Assembly (NCBI GenBank): GCA_951406725.2
Contig: OX597814.1
Location: forward strand, 199,206,001-199,270,000
Direction of reading: 5' to 3'
Origin: Octopus vulgaris
Taxonomy: Eukaryota
Length of the DNA: 64,000 bases
A program made the translations under genes and the position numbers. Shown in pieces: positions 26,017-39,703 of the stretch (the first letter of the stretch is position 1; each line of letters begins with the position of its first letter). Under the pieces are notes generated by a model, which was given only the letters and a program-made list of their open reading frames with translations, ran no database searches and had not been told where the DNA came from.

Positions 26017-28562
26017 TATATTTTACTTTTCTCTTATGAAAAGGATTCCTGGCAAATCCATCCATCCTTCATGTAGAAAAGAGTAAAATGTCGGCATAAA
26101 ACCTGGGGGGGGGGGGGTGTATCTCCAGTTTCTGTTTTTTTTTTTCATTACGTTGACATCGCTTGAAAAACGGTGTTCTGTGTTTATGTAATCTAGTTGT
26201 CCAGCTAATGAGAATCAATAATAATTATTTAGATAATGATGAATAGTAAAGAGAGATAATGTGAGATGCCCGTGCAACGGTGTCATTTTTGTTGACAAAG
26301 ATGTTTTCCGGTTCCATGGTATGTGCTTGTCGATGTGTCTGTATTTCTCGAAAACATTTGATCTTGTATTTAAACACAGGTCTCGGATGAGAGTTTTGGC
26401 GAAACACCTTGTCTCTGATATTGTAGCGTTTAGATATTTTTATGATTTTCAGTTTCATGCATTAGCTTGAACTCATTCATTCACATTTTGATTATCTATT
26501 TGCTTGTTTCCTTCGTGTTCTGTTCAGTTGGTGTGTTTGTCATCACTTGATTGTCACTTGTACATTTCGTTTATCTTTTCACCAATATGTTGTCTAACCC
26601 ACAAAAATGGCCAAAGGTAGATATTTTCACAACAAAAATCATCTTGTCTCCTTGTGATTTGCGGTCTGGAAAGGAAGATTGTGAATAGCAATGCTAAGAC
26701 AAAGTCAATTAAACTTATTTTTCATTCTGACAAGAAACGAAGAAAATATTCTTCTTTTTTAATCATTTACTACTTTCAGTTAGATTTTGCGAAGAAATTC
26801 TTGTAAGTCTATATTGTGTTGATATAGTGAGATTGATTTTTCTTCATCTTCGAAAATAAACCATTATTGGCAATGTTTGATGTAAAACAATTATATATTT
26901 CACATTTTATATCCATCTATTGGAAACATATTTAAGTTCGTCGAACATTTCTGTAGATATTTGAATAATATCAGGTTAATATTCCTGAAAATATATTATT
27001 GTCCGTGCCAGTTACTACACACAACACACATACACAGACGGAGTTGAATGTTATTTGCGTATGCGCAAAAAATACACATCTGGACAAAGGATTATATTTC
27101 CAGATCGATAAAATATGTACCACAACCTTATATCAATTCAGTTGCCTATATTACTACTCAGCAAAAATAGACATTGCACTTAGTGAAAAGAAATTATTAA
27201 TTGCATTGCACTGCACAACTTTGCGCTTCCCCGTCAACATGGTTTTGCGCATGCATGCATCCATCCATCTTCATGTACTCGATAGCTAGGTGTATCATAG
27301 TTGGAGTATACGACATTTATAACATAATATAACATTTGTCTCTCATAGAAACTCACCAATCAGGAAAATTGATCGCATTTTTTCTCATGAAATTTATTCC
27401 TTCAGTCTATCTTTAGATATATATATATATTTTCGTGCTGATGACTCTATTATTCTAACTTTCAGTGACATACACAAGTTTTAAGATATAATTCAGTAAC
27501 TCAGACAATCTCCTGACATTTGGCTACAAGCTACCTTCATCCATTAGTTTACATACGGATCTCATAGAACATCGTTTACAGCTAACCTTACCCGTTGTTT
27601 GATGTTGACAAACAGCAGGGGTTGATTTTAAAATATAAACTCAGTTTTGTTGCTTTGAATTTGATCGTGACCAGTCACTGCCGAGACATTCCGTTGCAAT
27701 CTAAATCTTCAATGTAATGGTTCATTGAATTTCTTGTTTTTGTGTTAATTATTCAATTTTAGAGACTGAAACATGCTGAAGAATAATTCATTGAATTAAT
27801 GATGTTATACTTGTAATTGCTAGAAACGTAGATTACACCATTAAACATAAAATGGACACAAATCTATATACTGACAACTCAGACTTAATGACAAATTATC
27901 GAAATTATTCAGGTTGCCAACCAGGGATACTTTAGATTTTACTGATAGCTCGCAAGCACAGCTTTATGCATTAAATGAAAATCAATTTTTCATGGCCTAT
28001 ATCTCATTATGAAAAGCTACACTATAAATGATAGGAATACTCTCGCTCAAGGAGATTTAGTGTTATTACGGAGAACAATATTGCGCATAACAAGTAACGT
28101 AACCAAGAGGAAATGTGTTGAAAGGAAATATGCACAGAATACCGTATAAGCGTTATTCTCAAACATTTAATCATTAATAAGGATACTTTGGTTCAAGTTG
28201 TTTAGAAAGCTATCAAACAGAAATTTAGATGGAATCCGTGGTTTCTTGTATATTGAACTTGAGTGCTTTCAAAAAAAGTAACCAGGAGACTAATAGAAAA
28301 AAATGCTAATACAGAAAATAACTCTTGCTCTAATACATGCTGTAATGAAACCCATTTTTTTATACTTAAGTGTATGCTTTCATCTGTATGATTACAAGGG
28401 AACTTTAACAATATGCTTTCAACGATAACAAGCAAACTATTTAGAAAAACCGAGCTTGGAAAAAATGAGTTTGGAAAATAACTTGTTTTAATGCTGAGCT
28501 TCGTAAGACCGTCTTTTTAATTATTGAGGCCATAGACTTAAAGGCAATATATTATTTAATAT

Positions 28563-28735
28563 TGGTTTTAAATTTTGGATCAAGGCCAGCAATTATCGGA
28601 GGAAAGCGTAAACTGATTAAATCGACTCCAGTGCTCACCTGGTACTTATTTTATCGACCCTGAAACTATGAAAGGCAGTCAACCCTGGCGGAATTTGAAT
28701 TCAGGACTTACAAAAGGACGAAATGCCGCTAAAGA
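28563..28735 (-). mobile_element. older SINE-A variant
   Basis: Same tail variant as 19335-19515. Confidence 0.7.
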
Positions 28736-28790
28736 TTCTGACGCTAAGCGTTTTGCCTTCGTGTTTTTTATTTAAAATTATCGTAGTTAG

Positions 28791-29330
28791 AAGGCGGTGA
28801 ACTGGCAGAGTTGTTAGCACGCCGGGCGAAATGCTTTGTGGTATTTCGTCCGCCGCTGCGTTCTGAGGTCGACTTTCATTCTTTCGGGGTCGATAAATTA
28901 AGTACCAGTTACGCACTGGGGTCGATGTAATCGACTTAATCTGTTTGTCTGTACTTGTTTGTCCTCTCTATGTTTAGCCCCTTGTTGGGTAGTAAAGAAA
29001 TAGGTATTTCGTCTGCCACTACGTTCTGAGTTCAAATTCCGCTGAGGTCGACTTCGTCTTTCATCCTTTCGGGGTCGATAAATTAAGTACCAATTACACA
29101 CTGGGGGTGATATAATCGACTTAATCCGTTTGTCAGTCCTTGCTTGTCTCCTCTGTGTGTAGCCCCTTGTAGGCAGTAAAGAAATATTTATTTTGTCGGT
29201 CCTTACGTTCTGAGTCCAAATTCCACCGGAGTTAACTTTATTCATTTCAGAGTCGATAAAACAATTACCAGTTCATCCCGGGGGTCAATGTAATCGACTT
29301 GCTGCCTTGTGCCAAAATTTGAAAGCAATG
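28791..29330 (+). mobile_element. SINE-A trimer
   Basis: Head at 28791; junction aaagaaata|ggtatttcgtc near 29002; the distal unit has the older tail. Confidence 0.85.
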
Positions 29331-29340
29331 TTACCATAAG

Positions 29341-29693
29341 TTATTATCTCCGCCTTAGCGAAGGTGGAGGTATTGTTTTCAGTTGCGTTTGTTTGTTTGT
29401 GTCCGTGGACAAGAATATCTCAAGAACCGCTGGATAGATTCAGATGAAACTTTCAGGGATGCTTGGCCTCATGAATGGCACAAACTGACTAGATTTTAGC
29501 ATCGATCCAGTATTGCACAAGGATTCTGGATTATTTTTCCTGATTTTTTAATTTTTGAGAGCGGTCGGGTTCATTTTTAGTATTCACGTTTGTAAGAGCA
29601 GATATTCTCATTTTATAAATCATCTCTGGCTAATCGTTGAGAGGACGTTGGTGTTGCCATGGCGGAGCTTTGCGCTCTCTGTGTGCTCTTGTT
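29341..29693 (+). mobile_element. non-autonomous Helentron (HINE/DINE-1-like)
   Basis: Starts ttattatctccgcc, 5' inverted repeat aggtggag, (GTTT)n, 3' subTIR ggcggag followed by a small stem-loop and tt. Confidence 0.75.
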
Positions 29694-30706
29694 TAATATG
29701 TAATGATTAAAACAAAACATTTATCGTAATGAAAAAGACCGCGATAATGTATTGAATATTGTATAGCTGAGGAAAGTTATCGGATAGGAATGTTCATGTA
29801 AAATTTACGGAGAACCATTTGAATCAGTGGATATTGAAACTGTAAGTTTTGTAATTATAGTCTTGCATTTATCACTGTAAGAGGCGGTATTGCAAAATGT
29901 TTGTGCAGTAAACCAGTAATATTGAATTTCCCTTAATACTGAAACTGACTATTATCTAACCAAATATATTAATGGAACGGATCGCTGAAAATATCTAAAT
30001 CATTCCAACAAATAACGAAATAATAGCTCAGTCAGAGTAGGAAAGGCAGTGCCTCCGAGAGTGGTGGGAGGGAAAGAGAATCAAACTGGACTACTATCAC
30101 AAATGCTTGCATTAAAATGCCGTTAAAAGCATCCAAGCAGGAAGGGGAGGAGGAGGTGGTGGTGGTGTTTAATGATTCCAAAGTATAAAATACTCGTTTC
30201 CAGTGTTTACAGAATTTCTCTTCACATGACCTTATTTAGAATGAGTTATTTTAGTAAGTTATGGCAAAAGTACTTTAAACTGTTGTCGTTAATTTTATTA
30301 CATAAAAAACCAAAATTCTTCAATGACATTGTGCAACTTCTGTGTCTTTCTCAGCCATTAGCGAAGTAAATTAAGTAAAATAGTTTCAACCTGGAATTGA
30401 TATTTAGTTGGAAAAACCATTTCCCGAAAACTTAGCTCTCCTTTCTGAACAACTGATATACCTACAGGTAGGATACAGAACCTATCCTATTGAAGTCTGC
30501 TAAATATTTCCCAGTAACTATGACTCGTTTTTGACCACTGTATAACAGTCACAAGGAAGAGTGTGCCTGTGCAGTTTACTTCCTAAGCACATGGCTTGTT
30601 GAATAAGAGTCTGCTGCTATATGCCGGCGCCGACTAAAGCGTTGTGAGTGGATTCGGTAGACAGGAAACTAAAAGAAACCCGTCGAGTGTGTGTGTGTGC
30701 GCGCGA

Positions 30707-31000
30707 ATGTTGTTTGTTCCTTCTCGAGCCACGCCTGGCTCATAAGGGCCGGTTTCCCGGTTTCATTGGCGTATAGGTTCCCCACCTAGACGGGACGCCG
30801 GTCCGTCGCAGGTAAGCTGCAAGATGCAGGAGGAAAGAGTGAGAGAAACTTGCGGCGAAAGTGTCAGCAGAAGTTCGCCATTACCTTTTGTCGGAGCCGC
30901 GTGGAGCTTAAGTGTTTCGTTCATAAACACAAACATCACCCCGTCTGAGATTCGAACACGCAATCCCTCGCTGCTCTAACCACTAGGCTATATGCCTCCA
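30707..31000 (-). mobile_element. SINE-C
   Basis: Paralog of 3398-3690. Confidence 0.85.
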
Positions 31001-31077
31001 TATACACATATATATATAGTTGAAATTTACAGAAAAACAAAAGACGAAGACGGGTATACGAACAGCAAGCAGGTGTA

Positions 31078-31348
31078 GTATGTATGTACATGTGTGTGTA
31101 TATATATATGTATGTATATATGTATGTATGTATGTATGTATATATATATGTATGTATGTATATATATATGTATGTATGTATATATATATGTATGTATGTA
31201 TATATATATGTATGTATGTATATATATGTATATATATATGTATGTATGTATATATATGTATATATGTATGTATATATATATATGTATATATATATGTATG
31301 TATATATATGTATATATATATGTATGTATGTATATATATATATGTATG

Positions 31349-31379
<31 letters not shown>

Positions 31380-31548
31380 GTATGTATATATATATATATG
31401 TATGTATATATATATATATGTATGTATATATATATGTATGTATATATATATGTATATATATATATGTATGTATATATATATATATGTATGTATATATATA
31501 TATATGTATGTATATATATATATATGTATGTATGTATATATATATATG

Positions 31549-31595
<47 letters not shown>

Positions 31596-31668
31596 GTATG
31601 TATATATATATGTATGTATATATATATATGTATGTATATATATATATGTATATATATATATATGTATG

Positions 31669-31701
<33 letters not shown>

Positions 31702-31888
31702 GTATGTATATTATGTATATATATATATATGTATGTATATATATATATATGTATGTATATATATATATATGTATGTATGTATATATATATGTATGTATGT
31801 ATATATATATGTATGTATGTATATATATATGTATGTATGTATATATATGTATGTATATGTATGTATGTATATATATGTATGTATATGT

Positions 31889-31928
<40 letters not shown>

Positions 31929-32115
31929 GTATATATATATATATGTATGTATATATATATATGTATGTATATATATATGTATGTATGTATGTATATATAT
32001 GTATATATATATGTATATATGTATGTATGTATATATATATGTATGTATATGTATATATATATATGTATGTATATATGTATGTATATATATATATGTATGT
32101 ATATATATATATATG

Positions 32116-32158
<43 letters not shown>

Positions 32159-32159
32159 G

Positions 32160-32205
<46 letters not shown>

Positions 32206-32233
32206 TATATGTATGTATGTATATATATGTATG

Positions 32234-32280
<47 letters not shown>

Positions 32281-32537
32281 GTATATATATATGTATATAT
32301 ATATGTATGTATGTATATATATGTATGTATGTATGTGTATATATGTATGTATGTATGTATATATATGTATATATATATGTATGTATGTATGTATGTATAT
32401 ATATGTATGTATGTATGTATGTATATATATATGTATGTATGTATGTATGTATATATATATGTATGTATGTATGTATGTATATATATATGTATGTATGTAT
32501 ATATATGTATATGTATGTATATATATGTATATGTATG

Positions 32538-32570
<33 letters not shown>

Positions 32571-32605
32571 GTATGTATGTATATATATGTATGTATGTAT
32601 GTATG

Positions 32606-32638
<33 letters not shown>

Positions 32639-32783
32639 GTATGTATGTATATATATATGTATATATATATGTATGTATGTATATATATATGTATGTATGT
32701 ATATATATGTATATATGTATATATATATGTATGTATGTATGTATATATATGTATATATGTATATATATATGTATGTATGTATG

Positions 32784-32816
<33 letters not shown>

Positions 32817-32821
32817 GTATG

Positions 32822-32854
<33 letters not shown>

Positions 32855-32859
32855 GTATG

Positions 32860-32892
<33 letters not shown>

Positions 32893-33103
32893 GTATGTAT
32901 GTATATATATATGTATATATATATGTATGTATGTATATATATATGTATGTATGTATATATATATGTATGTATGTATATATATATGTATGTATGTATATAT
33001 ATATGTATGTATGTATATATATATATGTATGTATATATATATGTATGTATGTATGTATATATGTATGTATGTATATATGTATGTATGTATATATGTATGT
33101 ATG

Positions 33104-33136
<33 letters not shown>

Positions 33137-33267
33137 GTATATATATATGTATGTATATGTATATATATATATGTATGTATATGTATATATATATGTATGT
33201 ATGTATGTATATATATGTATATGTATGTATGTATGTATATATATATGTATATATATATGTATGTATG

Positions 33268-33301
<34 letters not shown>

Positions 33302-33315
33302 TGTATGTATGTATG

Positions 33316-33347
<32 letters not shown>

Positions 33348-33365
33348 TGTATGTATGTATGTATG

Positions 33366-33396
<31 letters not shown>

Positions 33397-34087
33397 ATAT
33401 GTATGTATGTATATATATGTATGTATGTATGTATATATATATATATATATGTATGTATATATATGTATATATATATGTATGTATGTATATATATGTATAT
33501 ATATATGTATGTATGTATATATATGTATATATATATGTATGTATGTATATATATGTATATATATATGTATGTATGTATATATATGTATATATATATGTAT
33601 GTATGTATATATATGTATATATATATGTATGTATGTATATATATGTATATATATATGTATGTATGTATATATATGTATATATATATGTATGTATGTATAT
33701 ATATGTATATATATATGTATGTATGTATATATATGTATATATATATGTATGTATGTATATATATGTATATATATATGTATGTATGTATATATATGTATGT
33801 ATGTATGTATGTATATATATGTATATATGTATGTATGTATGTATATATATGTATATATATATGTATGTATGTATATATATATGTATATATATATGTATGT
33901 ATGTATATATATGTATATATGTATGTATGTATGTATATATATGTATATATATGTATGTATGTATATATATGTATATATGTATGTATGTATGTATATATAT
34001 GTATATATGTATGTATGTATGTATATATATGTATATATGTATGTATGTATGTATATATATGTATATATGTATGTATGTATATATATG

Positions 34088-34120
<33 letters not shown>

Positions 34121-34131
34121 GTATATATATG

Positions 34132-34164
<33 letters not shown>

Positions 34165-34229
34165 GTATATATATGTATATGTATATATATGTATATGTAT
34201 GTATGTATATATGTATATATATATGTATG

Positions 34230-34263
<34 letters not shown>

Positions 34264-34459
34264 TATATGTATATGTATGTATGTATGTATGTATATATAT
34301 ATATGTATGTATATATATATGTATGTATGTATGTATGTATATATATATATGTATGTATGTATATATATATGTATGTATGTATATATATGTATGTATGTAT
34401 ATATATATGTATGTATGTATATATATATGTATGTATGTATATATATATATGTATGTATG

Positions 34460-34491
<32 letters not shown>

Positions 34492-34541
34492 TGTATGTAT
34501 GTATGTATGTATGTATGTATGTATGTATGTATGTATGTATG

Positions 34542-34600
<59 letters not shown>

Positions 34601-35273
34601 ATGTATGTATGTATATATATATATGTATGTATATATATATATGTATGTATATATATATATGTATGTATATGTATATGTATGTATGTATATGTATGTATGT
34701 ATGTATGTATGTATATATGTATGTATATATGTATGTATGTATATATATGTATGTATATATGTATGTATGTATATATATATGTATGTATGTATATATATAT
34801 ATGTATGTATATATGTATGTATATATATATATGTATGTATATATATATATGTATGTATATATATATATGTATGTATATATGTATGTATGTATATATATAT
34901 ATGTATGTATATATATATATGTATGTATATATATATATGTATGTATATATATATATGTATGTATATATATATATGTATGTATATATATATATGTATGTAT
35001 ATATGTATGTATATATATATGTATGTATGTATGTATGTATATGTATGTATGTATATATATGTATGTATGTATATGTATGTATGTATGTATATGTATGTAT
35101 GTATGTATGTATATATGTATGTATGTATATATATGTATGTATGTATGTATATATATGTATGTATGTATGTATATATATGTATGTATATGTATGTATGTAT
35201 ATGTATGTATGTATATATGTATGTATGTATATATGTATATGTATGTATGTATATGTATGTATGTATATATATG

Positions 35274-35305
<32 letters not shown>

Positions 35306-35507
35306 TGTATGTATGTATGTATATGTATGTATGTATATATATATGTATGTATGTATATATATATGTATGTATATATATATGTATGTATGTATGTATATGT
35401 ATGTATGTATATATATATGTATGTATGTATATATATATGTATGTATGTATATATATATGTATGTATGTATATATATATATATGTATGTATATATATATAT
35501 ATGTATG

Positions 35508-35541
<34 letters not shown>

Positions 35542-35585
35542 TGTATGTATGTATGTATGTATGTATGTATGTATGTATATATATG

Positions 35586-35617
<32 letters not shown>

Positions 35618-35720
35618 TGTATGTATGTATATATATATGTATGTATGTATATATATATGTATGTATATATATATGTATGTATATGTATATATGTATGTAT
35701 GTATATGTATATATGTATAT
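31078..35720. repeat. ~4.6-kb compound (TA)n/(TATG)n array with internal 30-bp higher-order repeat
   Basis: Alternating purine/pyrimidine sequence; unit gtatgtatatatatgtatatatatatgtat repeated ~11 times at ~33455-33795. Confidence 0.95.
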
Positions 35721-36155
35721 AAGGGCAGGGAAAGAAACACCTGCAAATTCTACCTGAGGGGGGACTGCTGGTACGGCGTTGAAGGTGCAAACTGTCGCTT
35801 TGCACATCGGAGGCCCTACCAAAACCGCACGGACGCGAGACAGAGGTCCCTCCCTCAGGGAGAACAAAAACAAAAAGTTAAAAGAAGGGAAAAAAGCGCA
35901 CTGACCACTACTGAAAGACGGTATGCAGATGTGGTGCGCGGAAACCCAACAGGTGGCCAGCTTCACCCAGATGTGAGAAGGGCGGCAGCTGAACAGCAGT
36001 CTTTTTTGTGCATGGCACAAAAAATTGTTCAGCAGCTGACCTGGCTACAAGCACAAAGCTGGAACTACCACCACATAAGGCCACCTCCAACAGATGCAGG
36101 ATGGCCACCACAGACACCAACACCAACACACACACCACAAAAATATTTCTACTGA
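35721..36155 (+). pseudogene. LINE ORF1 C-terminal remnant with CCCH zinc finger
   Basis: [22 protein letters not shown] (C-x7-C-x8-C-x3-H) at 35742-35807; stop at 36153-36155; no start because truncated. Confidence 0.75.
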
Positions 36156-39112
36156 ATGTAGGAGGGCTGCTGCGCGGAAACTGTAAAAAGAAAATTTCAT
36201 TCCTGAGAGACCTTGTGACATGCAATCAAGCTATATGCATGGCACTCACAGAAACGCATCTTGAACCCGATATAGGTGATGCAGAAATACACATGCCGCA
36301 ATATGCAGTCATACGCACAGATAGAAAAGGGAGGAGCCATGGTGGAGTTGCAATGTACATCCGAGATGACCTCACGCCCCAGGTCCTGCTGTCATATTCA
36401 AACTCAGTATGTGAAACTCAAATTGTACACATAAGACAACTGAATATCGTCATATGCACTACATATCGCCCACCAGACGCCCCAAAACACTCAGGCATGT
36501 TTGAAGACTGCCTAACAAAAATAGGAGAAGTCCTCACCAACCTTGAACAGCACAACAGTGTATTCTTCATGGGTGACTTTAACCTCCCCAATGTGGAATG
36601 GCCTGGGGGGCAGATGCTCCCAGGGATGACACACCATCAGCAGGCACAGGTGGAGTCCCTGCTCCATCTCACAAATACCTCTTTCATGGAGCAAATAGTT
36701 CTGCAACCAACAAGGGCAGATAATATACTGGATCTCTGCTTTACAAACAATATGGATATTATCCATAATGTTAATGTGATGCCGACAATGATCTCGGATC
36801 ACAACATAATAGAGCTGTCTATGTATGGAACAAAAGCCCCCGCAGACACACAGCCTATACGAAGCACCCACCATCTCTCCAACTTAAACTTTCATAAAGC
36901 CAACTGGAAGTCGATTGAGAAAGAGATCCTCAAACAGGATTGGCCTGAATGTCTCTCCACACCGGACATAAACATGAAACACAAACACTTCATGTCCATA
37001 ATACAAGCCATATGTGACAAATATGTCCCAATGTGCAGGGCCAGCACACACAAGAATAAAAACAGGATCCCTAGAGAAAGGAGGATTCTTATGAGACGAC
37101 GGACAAGGATTGCAAACCGCCTGAGCAAGCACACCAAAAGTGGTGAGAAGTCTCGGCTCGAAAGAATGCTAATGGAAACTGAGAAAAGTCTACATCAGTC
37201 CCATGAAAAGGAGAGAGCAGATAAAGAAGCTTGGGTAATAGAAAATATAAAATCAAACCCTAAAGCTTTCTTTAAGTTTGCCAAAGAGACAGCCACAGTG
37301 CACCAGAGAATAGGACCTCTCTTCCAAAAAGATGGCTCTCTCACAGGAAATCCCACGAGGATAAGTGAAATACTGAACGAACAGTTCCAAAGTGTGTTCA
37401 CTACACCTCTAGGACACAGGCAAGTAAACAACCCAGAAGAATTCTTTGCCACTTTACCAGCGGCCAAAGAGACAAAAATTGAGTACATCAACATCGAAGA
37501 AGATGATATCACACTAGCCATTGATGAGATTGACACAAACTCAGCTGCTGGACCTGATGGATTCCCAGCGATCCTTCTCAAATCGTGCAAACGAGCCCTT
37601 GCAAAACCGCTACAGCTTCTTTTTCAGAGCTTTCTTGCAAGTGGTAAGCTCCCAGTCAAACTGAAAGAGGGGGTAATATGCCCTATCCATAAGGGAGGTA
37701 GCAGAGCAGATGCTAAAAATTATAGGCCTATCTCTCTGACCTCACACATCAGCAAAGTCATGGAACGAATAGTCCGTAAGAAACTAATCATGTTCCTTGA
37801 AGAAAATGACTTACTGTCTGACACCCAGCATGGATTTCGACCAGGTAGAGGCTGCCTAACACAGCTCCTGCAACACTATGACTGGGTGTTGAAACAGCTA
37901 CTAAATGGCTCAAATGTGGATGTAATATATCTTGACTTTGCAAAGGCCTTTGATAAAGTCGACCATGGTATGATCTGTCACAAACTGCGTGGTCTCGGCA
38001 TAGGCGGGAAACTTGGAGAGTGGCTGCACAACTTCCTAAAAGACAGAAAACAGGCAGTTGTGAGCAATGGAGCCACCTCCAGGGAAACGCAAATAACAAG
38101 CGGTGTCCCACAGGGCACTGTTTTGGGGCCACTGATGTTCATAGTGGCCCTTTCAGACATGCCTTCAGTTGCTACGATGACCACCCTTGCTAGCTATGCA
38201 GATGACACAAAAGTCTCCCACGCAATACAAAACCCTGAAAATATTGCGCATCTGCAACATGAGCTGGACACAATATACAGGTGGGCTGAGGACAACAACA
38301 TGCAGTTTAATGCAGGTAAGTTCCAGGCCCTGCGCTACTGGCACACAAAGGTAAATGACGTGAAGACTGGATAGACTGGCCCAGGAAGAATTGCAATCCC
38401 TGAGTCAAAATCAGTGCGTGACCTGGGCATTGACATGAGCAATGATGCATCTTTCCAAATGCATATTGCTAATCTGGTGATAAAATGCAGACGGCTAGCT
38501 GGATGGATTCTCCGAACTTTCAGAACAAGAGAGAAGGAGACACTGATGGTCCTATGGAAAACATTTGTCCTCAGCCGCTTGGACTACTGCTCCCAACTTT
38601 GGTCACCACACAATATAAAACAAACAGCAGAACTCGAAGCAACTCAGAGAAGCTACACAAAGAAAATCGTCTCAATGCAAAATGTCAGCTACTGGGAAAG
38701 ACTGAAGGTATTAAACCTCTTCTCCCTGGAGCGGAGGCGGGAGAGATATGCAGTGATATACATCTGGAAAATCCTGGAGGGTCTTGTCCCAAACTTTGGC
38801 ATTCAAAGTTACTCCAACCGCAGAACGGGGCGCCGCTGCGTGGTGCCAAGGATTCCAACATCACCATCAAAATACAGGTCCAGATACTGCAACAGCTTGG
38901 GTTTCAGAGGACCACAGCTCTTTAACATCCTCCCTAAATGCCTGAGAGACTTACATGGTGTGGATGTGGGTTTCTTTAAAACTAAACTGGATCTCTTCTT
39001 GTTGGGAGTCCCAGATGAACCTACCTCACGACAGGAGACACGGATGCGGGCAGCAGCATCGAACTCCCTTGTTGATCAAGTGCCACGTATCAGAGGTGGA
39101 TTCACAAACTAG
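36101..39112 (+). pseudogene. LINE ORF2: apurinic-like endonuclease + reverse transcriptase, one in-frame TAG at 38372-38374
   Basis: LTETHL, GDFN, SDHN (APE); YRPISLTS, QHGFR, LDFAKAFDKV, GVPQGTVLGP, YADD (RT); the 38414-39112 ORF continues in the same frame. Confidence 0.92.
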
Positions 39113-39187
39113 TGTAGCTCATTCAGCGGTGGTGCCCCAGCATGGCCGCGGCCTTCGGGCTAAAACATTTTTAAGGATTTAAGGATT

Positions 39188-39223
39188 TATATGTATGTAT
39201 GTATGTATATGTATGTATGTATG

Positions 39224-39255
<32 letters not shown>

Positions 39256-39317
39256 TGTATGTATGTATGTATGTATGTATATATGTATGTATGTATGTAT
39301 ATATGTATGTATGTATG

Positions 39318-39351
<34 letters not shown>

Positions 39352-39549
39352 TGTATGTATGTATGTATGTATGTATGTATGTATGTATGTATGTATGTAT
39401 GTATATATGTATGTATGTATATATGTATGTATGTATGTATATATATATGTATGTATGTATATATGTATATATATATGTATGTATATATATATATGTATGT
39501 ATGTATGTATGTATATATATGTATGTATGTATGTATATATATATATATG

Positions 39550-39611
<62 letters not shown>

Positions 39612-39667
39612 TATATATGTATGTATATATGTATGTATGTATATATATATGTATGTATATATGTATG

Positions 39668-39699
<32 letters not shown>

Positions 39700-39703
39700 T
39701 ATA
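39188..39703. repeat. (TATG)n/(TA)n array, right flank of the LINE
   Basis: Read directly. Confidence 0.95.

Larger units (their letters stand above)
35721..39187 (+). mobile_element. 5'-truncated CR1-group LINE, young copy
   Basis: ORF1 end, ORF2 (APE+RT), short 3' UTR, tail taaggatt-taaggatt-ta; microsatellite on both sides. Confidence 0.92.

Noticed and set aside
30936-36155. Six ORFs of 1300-1700 aa (YIHT/MYVC repeats), one running in frame into LINE ORF1
   Set aside because: Alternating purine/pyrimidine repeats cannot contain stop codons, so all frames are open. The fusion to ORF1 is a one-in-three coincidence.
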